Source: Steroidobacteraceae bacterium
Lineage (GTDB): Bacteria > Pseudomonadota > Gammaproteobacteria > Steroidobacterales > Steroidobacteraceae
Reading direction: 5' to 3'
DNA length: 64,000 nt
NCBI GenBank assembly: GCA_050738495.1
Contig: JBOHZL010000004.1
Span: forward strand, 21,202-85,201
Shown: positions 1-9,324 of the stretch, piece after piece
How positions within the stretch are numbered: position 1 is the stretch's first letter
How the letters are laid out: each line of letters begins with the position of its first letter
Notes under the pieces: model-generated
The model's input: the letters and a program-made list of their open reading frames with translations, nothing else
Databases searched by the model: none
Told to the model about the DNA's origin: nothing
Translations under genes and position numbers: made by a program

Positions 1-750
1 CCGGTGATGGGTGCCGCGCTGCAGCGGCGCGGCGGCACCGCGCGACACGACGCCGTCGCCTGGGGCTATGCGCGCGCGGCCGATGCGCTCGGCGTGGACA
101 TCATCGAGAACTGCGAGGTCACGGGCATCCGCCGCGGCGCGAACGGCGAGGTCGCGGGAATCGAGACCACGCGCGGCCCGATCCGCAGCCGCCGCATCGG
201 CGTCGTGGCGGCCGGCAATTCCAGCGTCGTGATGGGCCTCGCCGGCGTCGAGCTGCCGCTCGAGAGCTTTCCGCTGCAGGCGCTCGTGTCCGAGCCGGTG
301 AAGGCCGTGTTCCCCTGCGTCGTGATGTCGAACAGCATCCACGCGTACATCAGCCAGTCGGACAAGGGCGAGCTCGTGATCGGCGCGGGCACCGACGCCT
401 ACACCTCTTATACGCAGCGCGGCGCGCTGCACGTGAACCTGCACACGCTGGAAGCGATCTGCGAGCTGTTTCCCTGCTTCCGCCGCCTGCGGATGCTCAG
501 GAACTGGGGCGGCATCGTGGATGTGACGCCCGACCGCTCGCCGATCATCGGCAAGACGCCGGTGCCGGGTCTGTACCTGAACTGCGGCTGGGGCACGGGC
601 GGCTTCAAGGCGACGCCGGGTTCCGCGCAGGTGTTCGCCTGGACCATGGCGAAGGACGAGCCGCATCCGATCAATGCGCCGTTCACGCTCGAGCGCTTCC
701 GCGACGGCGCGCTGATCGACGAAGCCGCGGCCGCGGCCGTCGCGCACTGA
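1..750 (+). CDS. soxB: sarcosine oxidase beta subunit, C-terminal part (5' end outside window)
   Basis: ORF open to the window edge. The tail ...[21 protein letters not shown]...[11 protein letters not shown] is typical of heterotetrameric SoxB. Followed by soxD-soxA-soxG in canonical order. Confidence 0.9.
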   Translation, partial: PVMGAALQRRGGTARHDAVAWGYARAADALGVDIIENCEVTGIRRGANGEVAGIETTRGPIRSRRIGVVAAGNSSVVMGLAGVELPLESFPLQALVSEPVKAVFPCVVMSNSIHAYISQSDKGELVIGAGTDAYTSYTQRGALHVNLHTLEAICELFPCFRRLRMLRNWGGIVDVTPDRSPIIGKTPVPGLYLNCGWGTGGFKATPGSAQVFAWTMAKDEPHPINAPFTLERFRDGALIDEAAAAAVAH

Positions 751-756
751 ACCCCG

Positions 757-1014
757 ATGCTGCTGATCGACTGTCCGTATTGCGGCAAGCGGCCCGAGCT
801 CGAGTTCGCCTATGGCGGACAGGCGCACATCGCGCGGCCCGCGGAGCTCTCCGACCAGCAGTGGGCGGACTACCTGTACTTGCGCAGCAACCCGCGCGGT
901 CCGCACGCCGAGCGCTGGCGTCATGTGCACGGCTGCGGCCGCTTCTTCAATGCGGTGCGCGACACGACGACCGACCAGTTTTCAGTCACCTACCGCATCG
1001 GTGAGAGACCGTGA
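757..1014 (+). CDS. soxD: sarcosine oxidase delta subunit
   Basis: 85 aa, MLLIDCPYCGKRPELEFAYGG... zinc-ribbon N-terminus characteristic of SoxD. Lies between soxB and soxA. Confidence 0.9.
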   Translation: MLLIDCPYCGKRPELEFAYGGQAHIARPAELSDQQWADYLYLRSNPRGPHAERWRHVHGCGRFFNAVRDTTTDQFSVTYRIGERP

Positions 1015-4007
1015 ACGCATTCCGCACGGTGGGCGGCGGCCGCATCGACCGGTCACGGCCACTGCGATTCACCTTCGATGGCAAAACCTACGAAGGCGTA
1101 CACGGCGATACGCTGGCGTCCGCGCTACTGGCGAATGGCGTGCACCTTGTGGCGAGGTCGTTCAAATACCATCGCCCGCGAGGAATTCTCTCCGCCGGCG
1201 CCGAGGAACCGAGCGCGCTCGTCACGGTGCGCCGCGACGCGGCGCGCAGTACGCCGAACCTGCGCGCGACGCAGGTCGAGCTGCACGATGGCCTGTGTGC
1301 CGAATCGCAGAACCGCTGGCCGAGCCTCGGCTTCGACCTGGGGCGCGCGAACGACCTGCTGTCGCCGCTGTTCCCCGCCGGCTTCTACTACAAGACCTTC
1401 ATGTGGCCGCGCTCGTTCTGGGCGTCCGTCTATGAACCGCTGATCCGCGGCGCGTCGGGTCTGGGCCGGGCGCCCGCGCTGCCGGATCCGGACCGCTATG
1501 CGCAGCGCTACGCGCACTGCGACGTGCTGGTGGTCGGCAGCGGTCCCGCCGGGCTCGCGGCGGCGCTTGCCGCCACGGGGAGCGGCGCGCGCGTGATCCT
1601 GTGCGACGAGCAGGCGGAATTCGGCGGATCGCTGCTCGCGGAAACTACCGTACAAATTGACGGCTTGACGGCCGCAGCCTGGCTCGAGCGGACGAAGGCG
1701 ACGCTGCGCCAGCATTCGCGCGTCCGGCTGCTTCCGCGCACGACCGCGTTCGGCTACTTCCCGCACAACCTGATCGGCCTCGACGAACGGCTCACCGACC
1801 ACCTTGCAAGTCCTGGTCCGGTTCAGGCGCGGGAGAGACTGTGGCAGGTGCGGGCGCGTGAGGTCGTGCTCGCGACCGGCGCGATCGAGCAGCCGCTGGT
1901 GTTCCCTGGCAACGACCGGCCGGGAATCATGCTGGCCGGCGCCGTGCGCACCTATCTGCATCGATACGGCGTGCGCGCCGGATCCCGCGCCATCGTCGTC
2001 ACGACGAACGACAGCGCCTATCAGGCCGCGCTCGATCTGAAGGCCGCAGGTGTCGAGATCGCCGCGATCGCGGACCTGCGCGAGTTCGCCGACGGCGAGC
2101 TGGCGAAGGCCGCCCGCCGCGCGGGCATCGAAATCGGGCACTGCGCTTCAGTCGCGGGCACGCGCGGGCATCTCCGGGTCAGCGGCATCGAGATCGGGAT
2201 GACGGATGGCAGTGGCGCGAGCGCTCGCCGCACATGGCCCTGCGATCTCATATTGATGTCGGGCGGATTCACGCCCTGCGTGCACCTCTTCTCCCAATCC
2301 CGCGGCACGCTGAAGTGGAACACCTCGGCGCGGGGATTCCTGCCGGGAGTCTCGGCGGAGCGCGAGCGTTCAGCCGGCGCCTGCCGTGGCGTGTTCGGGC
2401 TCGCCGAAGCCCTGGAGGATGGCACAGCCGCCGGCAACGCCGCCGCGAAGGCCGGCGGCCACGGCGCCTCGACGCGCCGATTCGCGGTGACCGGTGGTGA
2501 GAACGGCAGCGATGCGGGGCCGCTCGCGGGCACGCTCCCGCGCGCGGGAATCGGATCGAAGGCATTCGTGGACTGGCAGCACGACGTGACCGCAAATGAC
2601 CTCGCACTTGCGGCGCGCGAGGGTTTCCGCTCGATCGAGCACGTCAAGCGCTACACCACGACCGGCATGGCGACCGACCAGGGCAAGACCTCGAACCTCA
2701 ATGCGCTCGATATCGTCTCGCAGCATCTCGGCAAGTCCATCACCGCGGTCGGGCTCACGACGTTTCGCATGCCGTACACTCCGGTCACCTTCGGCAGCTT
2801 CGCGGGCGTAGCGCGCGGCGACCTGTTCGATCCGGTGCGCAGGACGCCGATGCACGCCTGGGCCGCGGAACGCGGCGCGGTGTTCGAGGACGTCGGCCTG
2901 TGGAAACGGGCGCGCTATTTCCCGCGCGCGCGCGAGGGCATGCATGCCGCGGTTGCACGCGAATGCCTCGCCGTCCGCAGGGGCTGCGGCATCTTCGACG
3001 CCTCGACGCTCGGCAAGATCGCGGTCATCGGACCCGATGCGGCTGAGTTCCTGAACCGGCTCTACATCAACAACTGGACGAATCTCGCGGCCGGCCGCGC
3101 GCGCTACGGCATCCTGCTGCGCGACGACGGCTTCATCTACGACGACGGTGTGGTCACGCGCCTGTCAGCGGACCGTTTTTACGTGACGACGACAACCGGC
3201 GGCGCGGCGCGCGTCCTGGCGATGATGGAGGACTATCGCCAGACCGAATGGCCGGATCTCGACGTGTGGCTGACCTCCACGACGGAACAATACGCGGTCA
3301 TCGCCGTGCAGGGACCGCTCGCGCGCCAGGTGCTCGCGCCGCTCGTCGCCGACTGCGACATCTCACACGGCGCGTTGCCGCACATGGGCTCGGCGTATGG
3401 CCGCATTGCCGGCATGCCGATGATGCTGGCTCGCGTGAGCTTCAGCGGCGAGCTGGGCTACGAAGTCATCGTGCCCGCCGACCAGGGGCTCGCGGTGTGG
3501 GAGGCGATTCACGCCGCGGGCGCGGTACATGGCATCACGCCCTACGGCACCGAGACCATGCACGTGCTGCGCGCGGAAAAAGGCTACGTCATCGTCGGCC
3601 AGGACACCGACGGCACCGTGACGCCCGACGATGCCGGGCTTGCCTGGGCGATCGGCCACAGCAAGCCGGATTTCGTCGGCAAGCGCGCGCTCGAACGCGC
3701 GGCGATGAAGAACCCGAACCGGAAACAGCTCGTGGGACTTCGCACCGCGGATCCCGCGACCGTGCTGGAGGAAGGCGCGCAGGTCGCGGCCACTGCCGGG
3801 CAGAAGCCGCCGATGAAGCTCTGCGGTCACGTGACCTCGTCCTACCCGAGCGCGGCGCTCGGCCATTCGGTTGCGCTCGCGATGGTGGAGGGCGGCCGGG
3901 CTCGGCATGGCCAGACGCTGCACGTGCCCATGCCGGGCGGCGACATCGCCGTGCAGGTGACCTCGCCCGTGTTCTACGACCCGGACGGAGCGCGGCTCAA
4001 TGGCTGA
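1011..4007 (+). CDS. soxA: sarcosine oxidase alpha subunit
   Basis: 998 aa with an N-terminal 2Fe-2S-like region, a dinucleotide fold (VLVVGSGPAGLAAA) and a C-terminal GcvT-like folate domain. 4-nt overlap with soxD. Confidence 0.92.
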   Translation: MNAFRTVGGGRIDRSRPLRFTFDGKTYEGVHGDTLASALLANGVHLVARSFKYHRPRGILSAGAEEPSALVTVRRDAARSTPNLRATQVELHDGLCAESQNRWPSLGFDLGRANDLLSPLFPAGFYYKTFMWPRSFWASVYEPLIRGASGLGRAPALPDPDRYAQRYAHCDVLVVGSGPAGLAAALAATGSGARVILCDEQAEFGGSLLAETTVQIDGLTAAAWLERTKATLRQHSRVRLLPRTTAFGYFPHNLIGLDERLTDHLASPGPVQARERLWQVRAREVVLATGAIEQPLVFPGNDRPGIMLAGAVRTYLHRYGVRAGSRAIVVTTNDSAYQAALDLKAAGVEIAAIADLREFADGELAKAARRAGIEIGHCASVAGTRGHLRVSGIEIGMTDGSGASARRTWPCDLILMSGGFTPCVHLFSQSRGTLKWNTSARGFLPGVSAERERSAGACRGVFGLAEALEDGTAAGNAAAKAGGHGASTRRFAVTGGENGSDAGPLAGTLPRAGIGSKAFVDWQHDVTANDLALAAREGFRSIEHVKRYTTTGMATDQGKTSNLNALDIVSQHLGKSITAVGLTTFRMPYTPVTFGSFAGVARGDLFDPVRRTPMHAWAAERGAVFEDVGLWKRARYFPRAREGMHAAVARECLAVRRGCGIFDASTLGKIAVIGPDAAEFLNRLYINNWTNLAAGRARYGILLRDDGFIYDDGVVTRLSADRFYVTTTTGGAARVLAMMEDYRQTEWPDLDVWLTSTTEQYAVIAVQGPLARQVLAPLVADCDISHGALPHMGSAYGRIAGMPMMLARVSFSGELGYEVIVPADQGLAVWEAIHAAGAVHGITPYGTETMHVLRAEKGYVIVGQDTDGTVTPDDAGLAWAIGHSKPDFVGKRALERAAMKNPNRKQLVGLRTADPATVLEEGAQVAATAGQKPPMKLCGHVTSSYPSAALGHSVALAMVEGGRARHGQTLHVPMPGGDIAVQVTSPVFYDPDGARLNG

Positions 4008-4548
4008 ACTGACGCTCCTGCCACCCACCTCGCGATTCATCTTTCAGGGTGGACAGGTCGCGTGCAAGACCGCGAGCGGCGCATTCAGGCAAGTCCTGTC
4101 GGAACAACCCTGCCGCGCGAACGCAGCGGATGGGCGGGCTGCGCTGTGGCTCGGACCCGATGAATACCTGTTGCTCGCGCCGCTCGGCGACGCGCGAACG
4201 ATCGCCACGGAACTGACCACCGCGCTCGCCGGCATCCCGCATTCGCTGGTGGACATCAGTCAGCGCCAGGTCGCATGGCGGTTGGGCGGACCCGATGCCG
4301 ATGCGATCCTGAATTCCGGCTGTCCGCTCGACCTCGATCCGGCGGAATTTCCACCGGGCATGTGCACGCGCACGCTGTTCGGCAAGGCGCAAATCGTTCT
4401 TTGGCGAAAAGCACCCGAGGAGTACCATCTGGACGTCTGGCGCTCCTACTCGGACTATGTTCGGGAATTGTTGCTGGACGCAGCCCGGTCGGAATTCGCG
4501 GACAGAATAAGCGGGGGGGACGATCATGCGCAACGTTCAGGCGTTTGA
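4000..4548 (+). CDS. soxG: sarcosine oxidase gamma subunit
   Basis: 182 aa, overlaps the soxA stop by 8 nt. Position and size match SoxG. Confidence 0.85.
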   Translation: MAELTLLPPTSRFIFQGGQVACKTASGAFRQVLSEQPCRANAADGRAALWLGPDEYLLLAPLGDARTIATELTTALAGIPHSLVDISQRQVAWRLGGPDADAILNSGCPLDLDPAEFPPGMCTRTLFGKAQIVLWRKAPEEYHLDVWRSYSDYVRELLLDAARSEFADRISGGDDHAQRSGV

Positions 4549-6838
4549 CGTACGGGTCGCAGTCCGGCGGGTGCTGTGCGCCGCCCTGCTATGTGGCGGG
4601 GCGCCATCCGCGATCGCGGACCAGGCGGAACCGACGCCCTTCGGCGAAGTCGTCGTAACGGCGCAGAAGCGCGAACAGAACATCCAGGATGTCGGCATCG
4701 CGGTGACGCCGCTCGGCGAAGAGACGCTGAAGGATCTCAACATCACGACTGCGACCGACATCGTGCGCGCGGTGCCGAGCCTCAAGATGAATGCGTATTC
4801 GTCGGCGCAGGTGGTATTCAACATCCGCGGCGTCTCGCAGAACGATTACGGCGACCAGCAGGAACCGCCGGTCGCGGTCTACCAGGACGACAGCTACTCG
4901 AGCTCGATCAACCTCGCGAGCTTCCCGGTGTTCGACCTCGCTCGCATCGAGACGCTGCGCGGACCGCAGGGCACGCTGTTCGGACGCAACGCCACGGGCG
5001 GCGCGATCCAGTTCATCTCGCGCAAGCCCACCAGGGAATTCGAGGGCTACTCCGACCTGACGGTCGGGTCCTTCAACCAGACAATCTTGAACGGCGCCAT
5101 TTCCGGTCCCTTCAGCGATACCGTGCAGGGCCGCCTCGCCTTCATCTACAACAAGGACGACGGCTGGATGGAATCCATCGTCCCCGGCGTCGACGACCGT
5201 GGCGGCAACGATCATTACGCGGTGCGCAGCACGTTTGCCTTGCAGCCGGGCGACGCCACCGACGTGAACGTGATCCTGCGCTACATGGAAGCGGACGGCG
5301 AGACCCAGGCCGGCCTGTATTCCCATGAACCTGCCTGCCCGAACGACCAGTTCCAGGGTGAGTTCACACCCGCCGACTTTGCCTGCCCGTTCTGGGGCAC
5401 CGGCCCGGGCGAGAGCGGCACCGGCTTCCGCGACGACAGCATCATCCCGAGCCGCGGCGGCGACCCGTTCAAGACCGCGGAGATCGAGCCCTCGTTCGTG
5501 GATCGCGAGATCTTCGGCGCGACGGTCCGGGTGGATTCCGAGATCGGGGAGTGGGGCTTCGTCTCGATCACGGATTTCCAGAGCTCGGAGAAGTTCTACA
5601 CCGAGGGCGGCGATTCCTCGCCGGACGAGGGCGTGTTCTTTTTCCAGGGCAGCGATCTCGACCAGATGTCGCAGGAGTTCCGCCTGTCGCGGTCGTTCGG
5701 CGCGAACGAATTCGTCGGCGGCGTCTACGGGATGACGGTGGATGGCGACTACATCGGCAAGTTCGCCGATCCGTTCTACGGCTACGACCCGGACGTGGCG
5801 TTCTCGCAGGAGACGACGTCCTACGCGATCTTCGCGCAGAACGAATGGAGCGTCGGCGAGCGCTGGAAGCTGATCACCGGATTGCGCTGGTGGCACGACA
5901 CGCGCGAAGGAGCGTACTTCGGCAGCGCGCCGGAAGTGCCCGGCCTGACGCCGGCCGTCACCATCATCTTCAACCAGAACGAGATCTTCCCTGGCGGCAG
6001 TTCCATCACGCCCGGCGATGCAAAGACCTCGTTCGACGACGTCGCCGGGCGGCTGGAGCTCGATTACCGGGTCAGCGACGACGTGCTCGTGTACGGAAGC
6101 TTCAACCGCGGCAGCAAGAGCGGCGGCTACACGTTCTCGACCGGCACGCCGTATTCGCCGAACGAGGCCGCCTTCCTCGAGGGCATCCCGTTCGAGCCGG
6201 AAATGCTCGACGCATTCGAAATCGGCATGAAGTCGACGATTGGCGGCAACACGACGTTGAACCTCACGGCGTTCTACTACGACTACCAGGACTACCAGGC
6301 CTTTGCGCAGGTCGGTCCGGTGCAGTCGGTCATCAATCTCGATGCGGAGGCGAGCGGCCTCGAGGTCGAGGTCAACTCGCGGCCGATGGAAGGTCTGACG
6401 CTCCAGTTCGGCACGTCGTTCATGGATAGCAAGGTGAAGGACATCCTGCTGCCCGATCTCGCGACCGTCGTGGACCACGACTTGCCGCAGGCGCCGAGCT
6501 TCTCGGGCAACGCACTCGCGCGTTACGAGTTTCCGCTGGGCGGCGGCGTCGCGTCCATCCAAGGTGACGTGCTGTACTCGGACGATTTCTGCTTCACGGT
6601 GCTGTGCGCGCCGGTCGAAGAGGAAAGTTCGTACTACGTCGCCAATGCCCGCATCGGCTTTGCGGCGCCGGACGGACGCTGGGAAGTGGCGGCCTTCGTC
6701 AACAACCTGACGGAAGAGGAATACCGCGTCTACGCCTTCGACAGCTCGCTGTTCTCGGGCGTGGTCGCGGGCGTATATGCGAGGCCGCGGACGTACGGGT
6801 TGACGGCGTCGTTTCGCTTCGGAGCCGGCTACGACTGA
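4526..6838 (+). CDS. TonB-dependent receptor
   Basis: 770 aa. Signal peptide ...CGGAPSAIA/DQ, plug motif VVVTAQKREQNIQDVGIAV, C-terminal ...TYGLTASFRF beta-barrel ending in F-x-x residues. GGGGGGA RBS upstream. Start overlaps soxG by 23 nt. Confidence 0.85.
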   Translation: MRNVQAFDVRVAVRRVLCAALLCGGAPSAIADQAEPTPFGEVVVTAQKREQNIQDVGIAVTPLGEETLKDLNITTATDIVRAVPSLKMNAYSSAQVVFNIRGVSQNDYGDQQEPPVAVYQDDSYSSSINLASFPVFDLARIETLRGPQGTLFGRNATGGAIQFISRKPTREFEGYSDLTVGSFNQTILNGAISGPFSDTVQGRLAFIYNKDDGWMESIVPGVDDRGGNDHYAVRSTFALQPGDATDVNVILRYMEADGETQAGLYSHEPACPNDQFQGEFTPADFACPFWGTGPGESGTGFRDDSIIPSRGGDPFKTAEIEPSFVDREIFGATVRVDSEIGEWGFVSITDFQSSEKFYTEGGDSSPDEGVFFFQGSDLDQMSQEFRLSRSFGANEFVGGVYGMTVDGDYIGKFADPFYGYDPDVAFSQETTSYAIFAQNEWSVGERWKLITGLRWWHDTREGAYFGSAPEVPGLTPAVTIIFNQNEIFPGGSSITPGDAKTSFDDVAGRLELDYRVSDDVLVYGSFNRGSKSGGYTFSTGTPYSPNEAAFLEGIPFEPEMLDAFEIGMKSTIGGNTTLNLTAFYYDYQDYQAFAQVGPVQSVINLDAEASGLEVEVNSRPMEGLTLQFGTSFMDSKVKDILLPDLATVVDHDLPQAPSFSGNALARYEFPLGGGVASIQGDVLYSDDFCFTVLCAPVEEESSYYVANARIGFAAPDGRWEVAAFVNNLTEEEYRVYAFDSSLFSGVVAGVYARPRTYGLTASFRFGAGYD

Positions 6839-6847
6839 CCGAAGCTT

Positions 6848-7396
6848 CTAGGGCGCCGCTTCGGGAACGGCGCAGCTCTTGCTGTAAAACCCGGACCGAT
6901 CAAAGCAGCAGACGCGCCGTTTTCCGCCGGCGAGCATCTTGCGGGCATTGGCGATCCGTCGCGTGCGAGTCTCCGCCTGCCTGGCGGAGTCGATCCAGAA
7001 GATCCAGTCCCTGCGCGCATTGGGCGTGATGTCCGACCACACCGCCCGTGCCTTCGGGGCGGCCGCGAGCGCCTTTCGCAGGTCCGCCGGTACCCGGGCT
7101 TCCAGTATCTTGACCGCCGGCGCGATCTCGAGCGTGACGATGTCGCCGACCTCGGCGCCCGCGGCTTCGCGGAGTCTCCCGGTCACCTTGAGCCAGTGGC
7201 TCTTCTTGCCGTCCGGCTCGAGCGCCGCTCGAAACGGGACGCCATTGAGAGTGCCTTCCACCGTCGTCATGCCTCGCGATGGCAGCCTCGCGCTCGCGCT
7301 TCTGGGCAGTGCGAGGAATGTCCATGTGGCGGACTTCGGGGTCGCCGGGCGGAGGAGCTTCTTCTTGAAGCGAATCGTGGATGCCGTGTTGGTCAT
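6848..7396 (-). CDS. YdeI/OmpD-associated family protein (DUF1905-type N-terminus)
   Basis: The family resemblance starts at MTNTASTIRFKKKLLRPA...TWTFLALP...VEGTLNGVPF. I prefer the internal ATG at 7396 (AGGAG 6 nt upstream) over the ORF-track start at 7597. Confidence 0.7.
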   Translation of the reverse strand: MTNTASTIRFKKKLLRPATPKSATWTFLALPRSASARLPSRGMTTVEGTLNGVPFRAALEPDGKKSHWLKVTGRLREAAGAEVGDIVTLEIAPAVKILEARVPADLRKALAAAPKARAVWSDITPNARRDWIFWIDSARQAETRTRRIANARKMLAGGKRRVCCFDRSGFYSKSCAVPEAAP

Positions 7397-7644
7397 GCCC
7401 ATCTCCTGCGCATCCTGGCGCCAAGGAACGCCGCGCTGACACCGGGGAGAGACACGATACCGAAAACGATCAGCCCGAGCTGAAACAGACTGCCGATCTC
7501 GCCGGTCCTGATTCCCAACGCGAGGCATTGGCACAGGAACAGCGCGAGCGCCCACCGCCATGGCCGTTCCGCGCTCTGGTAGTCCATCCACCCGCACACG
7601 ACGATGGCGAATGCGTATGGAACGCCAGGGATTGGCTTGTTCAC
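7393..7644 (-). CDS. small hypothetical membrane protein (2-3 predicted TM helices)
   Basis: 83 aa, hydrophobic. Its stop overlaps the ydeI-like start as ATGA, suggesting translational coupling. No family recognised. Confidence 0.5.
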   Translation of the reverse strand: MNKPIPGVPYAFAIVVCGWMDYQSAERPWRWALALFLCQCLALGIRTGEIGSLFQLGLIVFGIVSLPGVSAAFLGARMRRRWA

Positions 7645-7687
7645 CGGTACTCTGCGCCTCTGCGTGCTTGCGGCTTGATCATCGTGA

Positions 7688-8236
7688 TCAAAAACTCGAT
7701 CCCGGGGTCTTCAGGAACTCCGCTTCCTCCGGCGTCGTGCGACGGCCCAAGAGCGCGTTCCTATGTGGATAGCGCCCGAAGCGATCGACGATCGCCTTGT
7801 GGCGGAGTTCGGAGTCGAAGTTCCCAGGCGGCGCGAACTCGCGGAAAAGCACCTCGGCCTGCACGTGGATCAGCCTGGATTCGCTGTGCATGTAGGGCAG
7901 GAGCAGAAATGCCCGCTCGACTGCCGCCAGCACCCGATGCGCGCCCGAAGCGACGGCTTCCTGCGCCAGGGCGAGTGCCATGGCGTCCTGCGCAAAAGCC
8001 TGCGCCGTGTTCCGGCAAACATTTCGTGAGAACTGATCGAGGACGATGATCTCCGCGAGGCGTCCGCGCGCGTCGCTGCGCCAGGCGTACAGCTCCGCGG
8101 CGGCCGCCCGGCGAAGCAGATCGCCGAAGCGTTCGGTCAGTAGCCGGTCAAATTCCGGATCGACTGTCCACCAGGCTACTGGCGCGATTTCCGTGAACCA
8201 GAAGTGGATGATGTTGTCAGGCGTCATTCTGTGCAT
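7688..8236 (-). CDS. DUF924 family protein
   Basis: 182 aa. ...IIHFWF...WW..DPEFD..L..RFG....A..GEL..W....RGRLAEIIVLDQFSRN... and ...RFGRYPHRNALLGR.TTPEE..FL are DUF924 hallmarks. Confidence 0.8.
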   Translation of the reverse strand: MHRMTPDNIIHFWFTEIAPVAWWTVDPEFDRLLTERFGDLLRRAAAAELYAWRSDARGRLAEIIVLDQFSRNVCRNTAQAFAQDAMALALAQEAVASGAHRVLAAVERAFLLLPYMHSESRLIHVQAEVLFREFAPPGNFDSELRHKAIVDRFGRYPHRNALLGRRTTPEEAEFLKTPGSSF

Positions 8237-8330
8237 GCGCGGTTGTCGCGCTTCGCCGCGGTGGCGGTCTGATGCTCCAGTGCCCCTGGTTGTAAGAGCG
8301 AAAGAAGGTGAGTCGCTGCTCGCTGAAACC

Positions 8331-8361
8331 GTTCACGGACTGCTCCAACGCATAGTTGGAT
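8331..8361 (-). repeat. partial attC (R''/L'' half only) closing the BrnTA cassette
   Basis: + strand ccgttcacggactgctccaacg-cata-GTTGGAT, nearly identical to the right halves of the sites at 9424 and 10257. I could not find a matching RYYYAAC/L' half in 8237-8330. Confidence 0.5.
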
Positions 8362-8362
8362 G

Positions 8363-8575
8363 TCACGAAGCCCAATCGAGCTTGAGCTGCTTCTTTTCGG
8401 CCGCGCAATCCCGCAAATACAGGTTAATGAGGTTTTGATAAGGAATGCCGCACTGCTGAGAAAGACTCTTGAAGTACTGGACCGTATCGCTATCAAGTCG
8501 AATCGTGATCTGGCGCTTGGGCTTGCTCAGATACGGATTCGGTACGGACTTGGAAAAATCGTAGCGCTTTCTCAT
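8363..8575 (-). CDS. brnA: BrnA-family antitoxin
   Basis: MRKRYDFSKSVPNPY...ITIRLDSDTVQYFK...GIPYQNLINLYLRDC is the BrnA/CopG-like pattern. The ATG at 8575 forms an ATGA overlap with the brnT stop. The ORF-track start at 8584 is a GTG 3 codons upstream. Confidence 0.85.
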   Translation of the reverse strand: MRKRYDFSKSVPNPYLSKPKRQITIRLDSDTVQYFKSLSQQCGIPYQNLINLYLRDCAAEKKQLKLDWAS

Positions 8576-8781
8576 GGTAGCCACCTGGAGTAATCACGTC
8601 GTTCCGAAGGATCTGCTTTGCGAGCGGAAATGATTCTGATGATGCGCTCCGACTCTCGAAAACTGTGGCAAACCACCAGTAATCGCAGCCGAATGCTCAG
8701 ACCAACAAGAATGTAGCGGTCTTCGCCGATTGAGTCGTCCCGATTCTTACGCTTATCCCACGCGTAGCGTAGGCCATCCAT
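8572..8781 (-). CDS. brnT: BrnT-family (DUF497) toxin, internally shortened (69 aa)
   Basis: Has the N-terminal WDxxKNR and the C-terminal GLSxxLRLLVVCHxxRExxxIRIISARKAxxxERRxY blocks of DUF497. It lacks about 25 residues (the KHGxxFEEA..F.D segment) between them. Confidence 0.75.
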   Translation of the reverse strand: MDGLRYAWDKRKNRDDSIGEDRYILVGLSIRLRLLVVCHSFRESERIIRIISARKADPSERRDYSRWLP

Positions 8782-8815
8782 ACCTACAGTGTAACTACAC
8801 TGTAGTGCATGTCAA
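8782..8815 (-). promoter_or_regulatory. sigma70-like promoter with palindromic operator for brnTA (predicted leaderless)
   Basis: Minus strand reads TTGACA-N16-TACACT-gtaggt-ATG. A perfect 9-bp inverted repeat TACAGTGTA-gt-TACACTGTA (8785-8804) covers the spacer and the -10. Confidence 0.55.
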
Positions 8816-8822
8816 GAGTGAA

Positions 8823-8900
8823 GTCTAACGTTTGACATGAGCGGCGGGCCAAAGGGCGCGAAGCCGCCTTTGGAACGTCCGCTCGATGGAAGGGTTAGGC
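8823..8900 (-). repeat. attC site of the GFA cassette (78 bp)
   Basis: + strand GTCTAAC-gtttg-acatgagcggcg...cgTccgctcGatgg-aagg-GTTAGGC. Inner stem CCAAAGG/CCTTTGG. Unpaired T8878 and G8885 sit in the 3' half of the + strand, as in canonical attC bottom strands. Confidence 0.7.
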
Positions 8901-8908
8901 GTCATCGT

Positions 8909-9268
8909 TCAATCCAAGAACTTCCAAGTATCCGCGCCGTCGAAGCGGCGCACCAGAACGGACTCAAGAAGCTTTGGATCAAAGTTTCTCAAGTTCACGC
9001 CATGGCGGGCCCCTGGTTCCGGCGGCAATGGTTCCCAGTGGGTAACGCATCCGCAAGTGGCGCAGCGAATTGTTCGCAAGGTCTTGTCGCCTTGGATGTA
9101 CTCCTGCGTGTGTTCTGGGTGCCCGGTAACCCGCACTGTGCCAAATTCATAGTAGGCCCAGATTCCGCCAAGGCGTCTGCACATGGAGCAGTTGCAGCTT
9201 GTGGCGTTCTCTGGCGCGGAAGGCAACTCGATCGTGACGGCACCGCAGTGACAGGTCCCTACAGGCAT
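8909..9268 (-). CDS. GFA (glutathione-dependent formaldehyde-activating / CENP-V-like) family protein
   Basis: 119 aa from MPVGTCHCGAV... Cys pattern CHCG...CNCSMC...CATCG is typical of the GFA Zn-binding fold. GAGG sits 8 nt upstream of the ATG at 9268. The ORF-track N-terminal extension runs into the attC site. Confidence 0.8.
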   Translation of the reverse strand: MPVGTCHCGAVTIELPSAPENATSCNCSMCRRLGGIWAYYEFGTVRVTGHPEHTQEYIQGDKTLRTIRCATCGCVTHWEPLPPEPGARHGVNLRNFDPKLLESVLVRRFDGADTWKFLD

Positions 9269-9324
9269 GGAAATGGCCTCGCTGGCTTCTTGATTGGCGC
9301 CGAGCCGCGCTCCGCGATTGTGAC

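Noticed and set aside
7675-7691. Palindrome TTGATCA-tcg-TGATCAA at the DUF924 stop codon, considered as an intrinsic terminator or an attC remnant
   Set aside because: The stem is AT-rich and 7 bp, with no U-run on the minus strand. It has no RYYYAAC/GTTRRRY boxes and no resemblance to the attC sites to its right. Insufficient evidence for any function.
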